The notes below the pieces were generated by a model that ran no database searches, was not told where the DNA came from, and worked only from the letters and a program-made list of their open reading frames with translations. From assembly GCF_004010195.1 (NCBI RefSeq), contig NC_057750.1, forward strand, positions 16,074,550 through 16,138,549: a DNA stretch of 64,000 nt, read 5' to 3'. Position 1 is the first letter of the stretch, and every line of letters starts with the position of its first letter. Source of the DNA: Chiloscyllium plagiosum. Lineage: Eukaryota. Positions 13,382 to 25,150 of the stretch are shown piece by piece. The translations under genes and the position numbers were made by a program.

Positions 13382-14780
13382 TATTTGATCATCGATGTAG
13401 TCAGAATATTAACATAAGAAATAGGAACAGAAATAGGCGATATGGTTCCTCAGTTCTCAACCACACTTGATAAATTTGGAGCTTCTAGTGCTGAAGTAGG
13501 GGAACTACTCATTATGGCATAAGATTACCCCCTCATATACCTTAAGACCCAAAAATCTACCAATCTCGGTCTAATATATATATATAATCAATGACTGAAA
13601 ACCATCAACACTCTGGGATTGAGAATTTCAAATATTTACAACTCTCAAAGCCAAGAGATTTCACCTCATCTTCACTTCCATATCTTGAATCTTCAATCTT
13701 GCATTTTTAAAATTTCCTGATTTAGAAGGAAGTGGCAGGAGAATGCTGCAGGTTTTAGGCAGGTGAGAGGCTGATAAGCCTCTGAAGCGAGAAGGTGGTT
13801 GTAGTCATTAACTGTTGTGGGAATGGGAAATGTACAAAGAGGAGAAAACTTCAGGAGCATAAATGAGAGGGTCCTGAGATATACAAGATATTTATTTCAG
13901 CTCCCTATCTCTCATTAGTGACACAAATTCTCCTCCCTTAATAATAGCAACCAAAATCTGATTGATCCAGTCTGATTTGAGCCTAACTCCGTGGTCCATT
14001 TAAAGAATCCTAGCCTTGGCTAGCCAGCGACTTCCATATCCCTCTAAAAAAATGAATATATTTTTTAAAAACATGCCGTACTTCCTTAATTACAATCATG
14101 TGTCCTCAGATATTGAGAAGATGTCGGAAGTTCTTTTTGTCTCTAAATATCTTCTAATAGAATGCATATGAACTGAAAAAACAACTTGGATTTTGTCAAC
14201 TACAGAGACTGTAAATCACTTCTGGATATCTGTGAATTATTGTAACAAAGATGTAAAATGAATAAACGAGTAGGTTTTATGGAGAAGAAGGTAGTATCCT
14301 TGCCTCTGAGCCAGAAGTTCTAGGTTCAGGTCTCGTTCTGGGTTCAGGTGTCACTCCAGGTCCAGGTCTCACTCCAGATCCGAATAGCCAAGAAGGGTAA
14401 CTGGCCAATGGGGATAAGCATCAGTTTGTAAATTTTTCCAACAAACTTTAATGGCAGATATTAAGAGCAGAAGAGATTCCTTTTCATCCATGTGCTGGAA
14501 AGAAAATTAGTCTCTCCCGTCATCAACCAGAATTCCATGCTACAATATACATTCTAAAGTGAATCAAACACAAGAAAATGCTGGAGAAACTCAACAAGTC
14601 TGGCAAGAGACAGAAACAGTTAATATGGTATGAAGGTTGTTGGAAAATGTTTTTTTTTAAATATACTTTTCATCTAGATGGATGAGCAAGGGATCAGATG
14701 GTGTAGAGGTCCAGAGGACTGAGTTTGTTCGTGATGGTAAAGAGAAAAAGATGTAAAATGGGTCTAAATTAAGGTGTGAA

Positions 14781-15542
14781 AGGCCGCCTTGCTGATCTTT
14801 GAGGGGACCTATTCTCTCCCTAGTTACCCTTTTGTCCTTAATATATTTGTAAAAACCCTTTGGATTCTCTTTAACTCTATTTGCCAAAGCTATCTCATGT
14901 CCCCGTTTTGCCCTCCTGATTTCCCTCTTAAGTATACTCCTACTTCCTTTATACTCTTCTAAGGATTCACTTGATCTATCCTGTCTATACCTGACATATG
15001 CTTCCTTCTTTTTCTTAACCAAACCCTCAATTTCTTTAGTCATCCAGCATTCCCTATACCTATCAGCCTTCCCTTTCACCCTGACAGGAATATACTTTCT
15101 CTGGATTCTTGTTATCTCATTTCTGAAGACTTCCCATTTTCCAACTGTCCCTTTACTTGCAAACACCTGCCTCCAATCAGCTTTAGAAAGTTCTTGCCTA
15201 ATACCGTCAAAATTGGCCTTTCTCCAATTTACAACTTCATCTTTTAGATCTGGTCTACCCTTTTCCATCACTATTTTAAAACGAATAGAATTATGGTCGC
15301 TGGCCCCAAAGTGCTCCCCCACTGACACCTCAGTCACCTGCCCTGCCTTATTTCCCAAGAGTAGGTCAGGTTTTGCACCTTCTCTACTAGGTACATCCAC
15401 ATACTGAATCAGAAAATTGTCTTGTACATACTTTGGAAATTCCGCTCCATCTAAACCTTTAACACTATTGCAGTCCCAGTCGATGTTTGGTAAGTTAAAA
15501 TCCCCTACCATAACTACCCTATTATTCTTTCAGATAGCTGAG
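14781..15542 (-). mobile_element. CR1-clade LINE ORF2 fragment (endonuclease end and linker), uninterrupted
   Basis: ORF 14657..15511(-): VGDFNLPNIDW...DLLLGN...SDHNSIRF...KENPKGFYKYIK. Confidence 0.92.
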
Positions 15543-15659
15543 GTCGACAAAATCTAAGTTGTCTTTTCAATTCACATGCACTCTGTGAGAAGATATTTAG
15601 AGGCAAAAAAAACTTATGACTTCCACCCAAAATCTGAGGCCATCTGATCCTAATTAAGG

Positions 15660-16597
15660 AAGTACTGTAGATGGACTTCAGCAAGGCATTAAACATCTTT
15701 CCAGCTGGTGGACTGGTTATTGAGGTTAGATGACATTGAATTCAGGGGAAGTGAACCAATTGGATGCAAAATTGACTTGAAGGTAGGAGATATCTGGTGG
15801 TAGTAGAGGGTTGCTTTTCAGACTGGAGGTCTGTGACCAATGGTATGCCGCAAGGATTGGTGCTAGCTCCACTGCTTTTCGTCATTTATACAAACCATTT
15901 GGATATGAAAATAAGAGGTAGGATGAGTAAATTTGCAGATGACACCAAAATTGGTGGTCTAGTGGGTAGTGTAGAAGATTATCACAGAGTAAAATACGAC
16001 CTTGATCAGATGGGCCAGTAGGCCGAGGAGTGGCAAATGATTTTAAGTTATGAGGTGTTGCATTTTGGTAAGGCAAACCAGGACAAGACCTATACAGTTA
16101 ATGGTAGAGCCCTGAGGAGCGTTGCCAAATAAATAGACTTCGGGGTGCAAGTGCATAGTTCCTTGAAAGTGGAGTCACAGGTCGACAGGGTGGTGAAGAA
16201 GGCATTTGGCATGGTTGCCTTCATTGATTAGTTCACTGAGTATAGGAATTAGAATGCCATGTTGCACCTTCACAGGAATACAGCGTTCAATTCTGGTCTC
16301 CCTGCGATGTTGGAAACGTGAAAGGGTTCAGAAAAGATTTACAAGGATGTTGCTGGGATTAGAGGATTTGAGCTATAGGGAGAGACTGAATAGGCGGGGC
16401 TTTTTTCCCTGGAGCGTGAGGCTGAAGGGTGATCTTATCGAGGTTTATAAAATCATGAGAGGCATGGATAGGGTGAATAGCCACGGTCTTTTTATCCAAA
16501 GGTAGGTTAATCCAAAACCAGAGAGCATAGGTTCAAGTGAGAGGGGAAAGATTTAAAAGGGACCTGAGGGGCAACATTTTCATGAAAGAGGGTGGTT
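15660..16597 (+). mobile_element. CR1-clade LINE reverse transcriptase and 3' region, decayed; resumes at ~18842-18980
   Basis: SDWRSVTNGMPQGLVLAPLLFVIY...SKFADDTKIGG; ERVQKRFTRML...LKGDLIEVYKIMRG. Confidence 0.9.
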
Positions 16598-16599
16598 AC

Positions 16600-17652
16600 T
16601 TAGAACATAGAACATAGAAGAATACAGCGCAGTACAGGCCCTTCGGCCCTCGATTTTGCGCTGATCCAAGCCCACCTAACCTACACTAGCCCACTATCCT
16701 CCATATGCCTATCCAATGCCCATAAAGAGGGAGAGTCCACCACTGCTACTGGCTGTGCATTCCATGAACTCACGACTCGCTGAGTAAAGAATCTACCCTT
16801 AACATCTGTCCTATACCTACCACCCCTTAATTTAAAGCTATGCCCCCAGTTTTATACAACTGCATCATGACCTCAGGACTCCGGAACTCAATTCCTCTAC
16901 CAATAAAAGCCAGTACGCCATATGCCTTCCTCACCGCACTATTTACCTGGGTGGCAACTTTCAGAGATCTGTGTACATGGACACCAAGATCCCTCTGCTC
17001 ATCCACACTACCAAGTATCCGACCATTAGCCCAGTACCCCATCTTTTTGTTATTCTTCCCAAAGTGAATCACCTCGCACTTAGCTACATTGAATTCCATC
17101 TGTCACCTTTCTGCCCAGCTCTGCAGCTTTTCTATATCCTGCTGTAACCTGCCACATCCTTCCTCACTGTCAGCAACTCCTCCGACTTTCGTATCATCCG
17201 CAAACTTTCTCACCCAACCTTCTAACCCCTCTTCCAGGTCATTTATAAAAATGACAAACAGCAATGGTCCCAAAACAGATTCTTGCGGAACACCGCTAGT
17301 GACGGCACTCCATGATGAACCTTTGCCATCAACTACTATCCTCTGTCTTCTTCCAGCCAGCCAACTCCTTATCCAAACCTCCAACTCACCCTCAATGCCA
17401 TACCTCTGTATTTTTTGCAGTAGTCTACCATGGGGAACCTTATCAAACGCCTTACTACAATCCATATACACCACCTCTACTGCTTTCCCCTCGTCCACCT
17501 CCTTAGTCACCTTCTCAAAGAATTCAATAAGGTTTGTGAGGCACGACCTGTCCTTCACAAAACCATGCTGACTATCCTTGATCACATTATTCCTATCCAG
17601 ATGTTCATAAATCCTATCCCTTACAATCCTCTCTAAGATTTTGCCCACAACA
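16600..17652 (-). mobile_element. Younger CR1-clade LINE 3' portion (RT to tail)
   Basis: ORF 17103..17681(-) has QHGF..RSCLTNL..AFDKVPHGRLL..GVPQ.SVLGP..KFADDTK; the (AGAACAT)n tail lies at 16602-16620. Confidence 0.93.
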
Positions 17653-18790
17653 GTCAAATAATCATTGACTGGTCCAGGCAATGGGCCCTGCAGAGGTCCT
17701 CATACTTCTGCATCTCTTTCATGGTTATGTCCACACACATGGATCCATTGAGACTGAACGTGCAGTGCCCACTGCACCATGTAAGTGGCAGGTACTGATG
17801 TGACTCAGACAACGTTGTCTATCTCATACGCTGCAGGCAAGGATGTCCTGAGATATGGTACATTGGTGAAACCGAGCAGAGGCTGCGTCAACGGATGAAT
17901 GGGCACTGCACAACAATCAACAGACAGGAGTGTTCCCTCCCATTTGGAGAACAATTCAGCATTCCAGGATATTCGACCTCGGACCTTCAGGTGACCATCC
18001 TCCAAGGTGGACTTCAGGGCAGGCAGCAGCGAAACGTGGCTGAGCATAGGCTGATAGCCAAGTTCAGTACCCATAGGGATAGCCTCAACTGGGACTTTGG
18101 GTTTATGTCACACTACAGGTGACACACACACACACACCTATACACAGACACACACACACTCCTGCAGACACACTCCCACACTCACTCATGCACCCTCTCA
18201 CAGACTTTAGACCCCTTTACACTCACACACACACATATACACTCTCTCCCACAGACACACTCAACCTCCCATCCCACACACACACCTACAGGTACACTTA
18301 CACGTATATGTTCATGGGTTGAATTTGTACTTGCAGAGTTACATTGTACTTTGCTCAAAAACTGCATGAAACCATGTAAGATTCTGTTAATTCATTTTTT
18401 AAGATTAGAATCAGTCTAAACATTATGTCACAGACAGCAACACACAGGGAGCGAACACCTTCAACACATTATCTGGGCTGACACCAATTGTTAAAGTTAA
18501 CCTGAGAATGTAGCTTTTTTTTAAAAAAGTTTTGTGATTTGCATATGAAAGAAGTGAAACTAACATGGTCATTCTAACAGATGAGAAACTTAACAAACAA
18601 TCAAGGTATTTTTCAATGTATAATTTCAGTTATACCATACTGTAAACCTTTGCCATAAATTCTGTCTTACAATTGTGTACTTCACAACCACCTGATGAAG
18701 GAACAGTGTCCGAAAGCAACTGCTTCCAATTAAATTTGTTGGACCATAACCTGGTGTTGTGTGATTTTTAACTTTGTACACTGGAACAAC
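17653..18790 (+). mobile_element. Penelope-like element 3' portion: GIY-YIG remnant, (CA)n-rich tract and hammerhead-like end
   Basis: The + strand reads NVVYLIRCRQGCPEIWYIGETEQRLRQRMNGH...AEHRLIAKF. CA-rich tract at 18121-18300. CTGATGA-AGGA..TCC-GAAAGC at 18692-18717. Confidence 0.85.
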
Positions 18791-18982
18791 GGACACCTTT
18801 AGGGACACGAGTGCATCTTCAATCCTGACCACAACTTACTGTGGAATGAGCTACAGGAGGAAGTGGTAGAGTGGGTACAATTACAACATTTAGAAGGCGA
18901 ATATGAATACTAATGTTACGGGTATCTGAAAGGAAGGGTTTAAAGAGATACAGCCAAATGCTAGCAAATGGGACTAGATGTT

Positions 18983-19217
18983 GATTAGATTCCCAACAGT
19001 GTGGAAACAGGCCCTTTGGCCGAACAAGTCCACCCAGACCCATTTCCTTCTGACTAATGCACCTTAACACTATGGGCAATTTAGCATGGCTAATTCATCT
19101 AACCTGCCCATCTTTGGAAACCCACGAAGAGAGTATGCAAACTCCACACAGACAGTTGCCCAAGGCTGGGACTCTTGTGCTATGAGGCAGTAGTGCTCAC
19201 CACTGAGCTATCGTGCA
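18983..19217 (-). mobile_element. Degenerate HE1-type V-SINE inserted in a CR1 tail
   Basis: CAGTGTGGAAACAGGCCC...CAAACTCCACACAGACAG...GAGGCAGTAGTGCTCACCACTGAGC. Confidence 0.78.
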
Positions 19218-19532
19218 GCCCCTATTTACTTAGGATATCGGTCGACCTGGACAAGGCGTCTATTTTTACGCCTGGTGCAGTTTAATTTCTGGTCAATGTT
19301 GCCCACCCCCCCGCCCAAAACTCCACGGACCGCAGTGGGTCAACAGAGCTCCCCACTCAGGGGCTGTTCCACAGCTGGCGACGTTCCCAAGCCCTAAAAG
19401 GGATGTATCAACAATAAATGAAGATAACATCACAAAACGGTAACCGCACACTCGAGGAGGAACTTCCCTGGACGGCGAAATGCATCAGACCGTCCTGAGG
19501 AAGGAGTGGCGCCCGAGCTTGAGGGGAATGGA

Positions 19533-21816
19533 GCACGCATGGCGAAATGCACTGACGCCTGTTACTGCGGTGAGGGCGCGCACGCACGCATGGCGGAACG
19601 CACTGATGTCTGTTGCTTGTGTGAGGGCACGAACGCACTTGCTGTCGTGAACGCGCGCACGCACGGCGGAACGCACTGAAGCCTGTTGCTCGTGTGAGGG
19701 CGCGCACGCATGGCAGAACGCACTGATGTCTGTTGCTGCGGTGAGTGCGCGCATGCATGGTGGAACGCACTGACGTCTGTTGCTGCTGTGAGGGCGCGCA
19801 CGCACGGCGGAACGCATGACGTCTGTTGCTGCTGTGAGGGCGTGCACGCATGGCGGAACGCACTAACGTCTGTTGCTGCTGTGAGGGTGCGCAAGCACGG
19901 TGGAACGCATGACGTCTGTTGCTGCGGTGAGCGCGCGCATGCACGGCAGAATGCACTGATGCCTGTTGCGGTGAGGGCGCGCACACACAGTGGAATGCAT
20001 TGACGTCTGTTGCTGCAGTGAGGGCGCGCACGCACGGCGGAATGCATGACGTCTGTTGCTGCTGTGAGGGCGTGCACGCATGGCGGAATGCATGACGTCT
20101 GTTGCTGCTGTGAGGGCGTGCACGCACGGCGTAACGCGTGACGTCTGTTGCTGCTGTGAGGGTGCGCACGCATGGCGGAACGCATGACGTCTGTTGCTGC
20201 TGTGAGGGCGTGCACGCATGGCGGAAAGTACTTACGTCTGTTGCTGCTGTGAGGGTGCGCACGCATGGCGGAAAGTACTGACGTCTGTTGCTGCTGTGAG
20301 GGTGCGCACGCATGGCGGAACGCATGACGTCTGTTGCTGCTGTGAAGGCGTGCACGCATGGCGGAAAGTACTGACGTCTGTTGCTGCTGTGAGGGCGTGC
20401 ACGCATGGCGGAAAGTACTGACGTCTGTTGCTGCTGTGAGGGTGCGCACGCATGGCGGAACGCGTGACGTCTGTCGCTGCTGTGAGGATGCGCACGCACG
20501 GCGGAACGCATGACGTCTGTTGCTGCTGTAAGGGCGTGCACGCATGGCGGAAAGTACTGACGTCTGTTGCTGCTGTGAGGGTGCGCACGCATGGCGGAAC
20601 GCATGACGTCTGTTGCTGCTGTGAGGGTGCGCACGCATGGCGGAATGCATGACGTCTGTTGCTGCTGTGAGGGCGTGCACTCACGGCAGAACGCATGACG
20701 TCTGTTGCTGCTGTGTGGGCGTGCACGCACGGCGGAATGCATGACGTCTGTTGCTGCTGTGAGGGCGTGCACGCACGGCGGAAAGTACTGACGTCTGTTG
20801 CTGCTGTGAGGGTGCGCACGCACGGCGGAAGGCGTGACGTCTGTTGCTGCTGTGAGGGCGTGCACGCATGGCGGAAAGTACTGACGTCTGTTGCTGCTGT
20901 GAGGGTGCGCACGCACGGCGGAACGCGTGACGTCTGTTGCTGCTGTGAGGGCGTGCACGCATGGCGGAACGCATGACGTCTGTTGCTGCGGTGAGCACGC
21001 GCATGCACGGCAGAATGCACTGATGCCTGTTGCGGTGGGGGCGCGCACACACGGCGGAATGCACTGATGCCTGTTGCGGTGAGGGCGTGCACGCACGGCG
21101 GAACGCACTGATGTCTGTTGCTGCGGTGAGGGCGCGCATGCACGGCAGAACGCATGATGTATGTTGCTGCGGTGAGTGCGTGCATGCACGGCGGAACGCA
21201 TATCATCTGTTGCTGCGGTGAGGGCGCGCACGCACGGCGCAACGCATGACGTCTGTTGCTGCGGTAAGGGCGCGCATGCACAGTGGAACACACTGATGCC
21301 TGTTGCTGCGGTGAGGGCGCGCACGCACGGCGGAACGCATGATGTCTGTTGCTGTGGTGGGGGCGCGCACACGGCGGAACGCATGACGTATGTTGCTACC
21401 GTCAGTGCGCGCACGCACGGCGGAACGCACTGACCTGTTGCTGCTGTGAGGGCGCGCACGGCGGAACGCACTGACCTGCGGTGAGGGCGCTCACACATGC
21501 TGGAACGCACTGACGCCTGTTGCTGCGGTGAGGGCGTGCACACACGGCGGAACGCACTGACGTCTGTTGCTGCGGTGAGGGCGTGCACACACGGCGGAAC
21601 GCACTGACGCCTGTTGCTGCGGTGAGAGCGCGCACGCACGGCGGAACGCACTGATGCCTGTTGCGGCGGTGAGGGCGCGCACGGCGGAACGCATGACGTC
21701 TGTTGCTGCGGTGAGGGCGCGCGCGGCGGAACGCACTGACGCCTGTTGCTGCGGTGAGGGCGCGCACGCACGGCGGAACGCACTGACCTGCGGTGAGGGC
21801 GCGCACGCACTGACGC
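19533..21816. repeat. GC-rich minisatellite, ~46/47-bp unit, roughly 50 copies
   Basis: Unit GACGTCTGTTGCTGCTGTGAGGGCGTGCACGCATGGCGGAACGCAT (46 nt), with a 47-nt ...GGAAAGTACT variant and shorter variants. The copy number is length divided by unit size. Confidence 0.97.
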
Positions 21817-22350
21817 CCGGTGTCGTGGGTCGAGCACAAACGATCCCCGTTCTCCTCGCTTTCCCCGTGTCGGTGGGAAGTCTTCGATCTTTCTCTTTCT
21901 CCCAGAGTGACTGAAGGGAAGGGAAGGGGAGGGGAGACGAGGCGTCGCTGCCGCCAGTTGTCGGTAAGTGAGCGATAAATCGGTAATTGGCGAGTAAAAG
22001 AAAACCGCGCTCCCAGCGATTCGGGATCTACCTGAACCGCTCAGGCCCGAAGCCAGCAGCTAGGCCGCGGCGGCTTCCCCCGAGCCCTCTCCCCGGGCGG
22101 CTGTCCCTCTGGGCCTGTCCCGCAGGCCGGTGCAGTCAAGGGAGCCAGCAGTAGGCCCTCCTGGTGCCTGGGGTCAAACTCCGTGCTAACAGGTGGCATC
22201 CTCCTGCTGCAGGCTGCCACTTGGTTCAGCTTCGTGTTGAGGGAAACGGTCGGGTTTATGGAGAGGGGTTGAATGTCTAAAACAGTAATCCACCGCAGCA
22301 AGAGAGAAGGCGAAATGAGCCGACACCAGGCCCCCAGCGGCTGTAGACAT
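21817..22350. promoter_or_regulatory. CpG island / promoter-proximal region of SUPT5H
   Basis: Non-repetitive GC- and CpG-rich stretch in an otherwise AT-rich, CpG-poor window; it surrounds the donor at 21964. Confidence 0.75.
21840..21963 (+). other. SUPT5H: Probable non-coding 5'UTR exon of SUPT5H (start uncertain)
   Basis: Lies in the only CpG island upstream of the ATG exon and ends at a strong donor TCG|GTAAGT (GT at 21964). The ATG exon has an acceptor at 34911-34912, so an upstream exon is needed. Confidence 0.7.
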
Positions 22351-23829
22351 CTCAAAATAAACAAAATGCACCGTCCTTAAATAACCCGCTGGAGAAAGTC
22401 AGCAGGTCGAGCACCATCCTTGGAGAGAGAAACAAAGTTAACGTTTCCAATCCACCGGGAGTCCTCTTTATGAAACTGTGTGACTCTTTCAGTTTTCACT
22501 GATTCATGTATGATATACTGAAAACGTGGGCGTTTAGTCTGCCAACAATCTGATTTTGTTTCATCATGACCCATTTTGAACAGTTGGTGATTGGATTTGA
22601 TTATGGTCACTGATCATAGTATGTCTGTACTTTAATTTCCCAATTTAAAATTCTGACTTGTTTGTTTTGCAACCTGCTTTTAAGTAAGCATGAACTAGGC
22701 ACTTTCCAAGCCCTCATAATCTTTTTGATCTTGAAGAACCAAGGCAGCAGAATTTTATTGCAAAACCATACTTTATTTATTAAAAAAATTAAAAGTACAT
22801 ATGAAGGGTTCGAAATGCATTCTTTACAGTCTTTGCAGAGAGAAAAAAACACAAATGACATATTGGAGTTTGACATCTCAAAGAGCCACAGTATGTTTTT
22901 AAAAACAAGGGAAGCAGATACATTAAACCTATACCCAAAAAATTTTGAATTGTAAATTCAACCATTTGTGCCAAAACATAAGTAACAACAAAATTTGCAT
23001 ATTTTTAACCATTTTGAGCTTTTTTAGGGAGCTCCACACTCATCATTCGCGGATGTGGAGAATGACTGTATGTGGGCACATTTGCAAGTTCTCCTCTAAG
23101 TCACACACTATCCTGATTTGGAAATATATCGCTGTTCCTTCAATGTCACTGGGTCAAGATCCGAGAACTCCCCTTTTAACAGCACTGTGGGTGTCCCTAC
23201 AGCACATGGTCTACAGTGGCTTAAGAAGTTAGCTCAAAGTGAAGTTAAATACCGATACAGGGATTAAAGGCTATACAGTATCGGGACAATGGGAGCAGGA
23301 TACAGGGCAACTAGGGGTGGGCAATAAATGCTGTCCCCAGCCATCATCACCTATATCTCATGAATGAATAAAACAAATGATTTATTTCGCGTTTTGTTAG
23401 GTTCTTGGCATGCGAGTTAAGAAGATGGTGACTTTGGAGCATGTGATTTCCAAACTTTTCATGTCTTCTGTGGAAGTCCAGTTTTTGAGGATATTTAAAG
23501 TACAGATTAATAGATTAATGATTATCAATGGCACCAAGGGTTCTGCAGATAGTTTGGGTAAAAAGCATTGAAATGTTCCATCAGCCACAGTTGTATTAAA
23601 TGATGGAACAGGTTCACTGGACTGAATAGCCTACTCGTGTTCCTAAGCTCTTATTTCTGGGTTTCCTGGAACCTTCATGTATTTTGTCAGTAATTCAATT
23701 ATGATTTAATTATGCAGTGAATACTTTGGAAAAGGCAATGTTTTTTATCTAGTGGTACCTGTGTAATTTGTGGTGTATTGCTGTCTGTGGGGTATGAGGG
23801 CAAAATATTGTGTTTGTTGCCGCCCTGTG

Positions 23830-24020
23830 GTTATGATGTAGAGGTGCTGATGTTGGACTGGGGTGGACAAGACCAGAAGTTAGACAACACCAGATTATAG
23901 TCCAACAGGTTTATTTGGAATCGCAAGCATTCGGAGCACTGTCCCTTCGTCACCTGGCAAAGATGATTTCAAATGAACCTGTTGGACTATAACCTGGTGT
24001 CGTCTGACTTCTGGCCCTGT
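23830..24020. mobile_element. Inverted pair of Penelope termini (same subfamily as the end at 18690-18790)
   Basis: ACACCAGATTATAGTCCAACAGGTTTATTTGGAA is inverted relative to TTCAAATGAACCTGTTGGACTATAACCTGGTGT. Related pieces occur at 24340-24650 and 25295-25403. Confidence 0.65.
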
Positions 24021-24652
24021 GGTTATTAAGATTCCTTCTCAAATGAACTGTATTTGCTGTTGGTAATGGTTTGGTTAGTCTGGACTTAGCTGGATGGCTA
24101 CATTCAGAGGTGTGGGATATGAGATGGAATGAAATGAACTGAGAGATAAAAGGATAGGAAATTATCCTCCTCAATGTTACAGGGTAAAGTCATGAAAATC
24201 ATGTCTGCATGCAAGACCCCGAGCTACTGGTCAGCTGTTGTTTTAATTCTTACTCTAACATTGACCTTTGTCTTTGGCTTGCTGCAGTGTTTCACTAAAG
24301 TTCCACATAAGCTCAAGGGATGGCACCTCACTTTTCACGCAACACCAGGTTGTAGTCCAACAGCTTTATTTGGAAGTACAAGCTTTTGGAATGCTGCTCC
24401 TTCGTCAGGTAGTTAATGGAATAGGATCAAAAGACACACATTTATAGCAAAAGATCGTATTGTCATACAACTGATGTGATATTTTGAACAAACCTAGATT
24501 GCTGTTAAGTCTTTCATCTTTGAGAATGGGTTGCAAGTTTAGAATCATTAATATGTAAATCCCAGAACTTCTTTCAAGTTATTCCTGAAATAACTTAAGG
24601 TTTTATTTAAAAAAAAAAGGTGACATTTCAGCTCAGACGAAGGAGCAATGTG

Positions 24653-25150
24653 ATAGAGTCATAGGGATGTACAACATGGAAACAAACCCTTTGATCCAAC
24701 TCGTCCATGCTGATCAGATATCCTAACCAAATCTAATCCCATTTGCCAGCACTTGGCCCCCCATGTCCCTCTAAACCCTTCCTATTCATATACACATCCA
24801 GATGCCTTTTAAATGCTGTAATTCTACCAGCCTCCCCACATCCTCTGGCAGCTCATTCCATACTTGCACCACCCTCTGCGTGAAAAAGTTGCCCCTTAGG
24901 TCCCTTTTATATCTTTCCCCTCTCACCCTAAACCTATGCCCTCTAGTTCTGGGCTCCCCCACCCCAGGGAAAAAGACCTTGCCTCTTTACCCTATCCATG
25001 CCCCTCATGATTTTACAAACCTCTGATGCTCTAGGGAAAACAGCCCCAGCCTATTCAGCCTCTTGCTATCGCTCAAACCCTCCCATCTTGGCAACATCCT
25101 TGTAAGTCTTTTCTGAACCCTTTCAAGTTTCACAACATCGTTCCTATGCA
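24653..25150 (-). mobile_element. CR1-clade LINE 3' end, nested in Penelope termini
   Basis: Closely similar to 8272-8692; the - strand reads KLERVQKRLTRMLPRWEGLS...LFSLE. Confidence 0.85.

Noticed and set aside
14318..14382. Three to four copies of an 18-bp unit (..GGTTCAGGTCTCACTCCA..)
   Set aside because: Small local slippage within a decayed repeat head; no evidence of function.
19470..19520. GAAA...TC...CTGAGGA arrangement resembling a permuted hammerhead
   Set aside because: No convincing stem II pairing and stem I would have a 1-nt loop; probably chance.
19533..21816. CRISPR-like appearance of the array
   Set aside because: Units are contiguous with no unique spacers, there are no cas genes, and the context is vertebrate.
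19408..21837. 809-aa ORF and many overlapping ORFs on both strands
   Set aside because: Produced by the stop-poor 46/47-bp tandem repeat; the same peptides cycle through all three frames.
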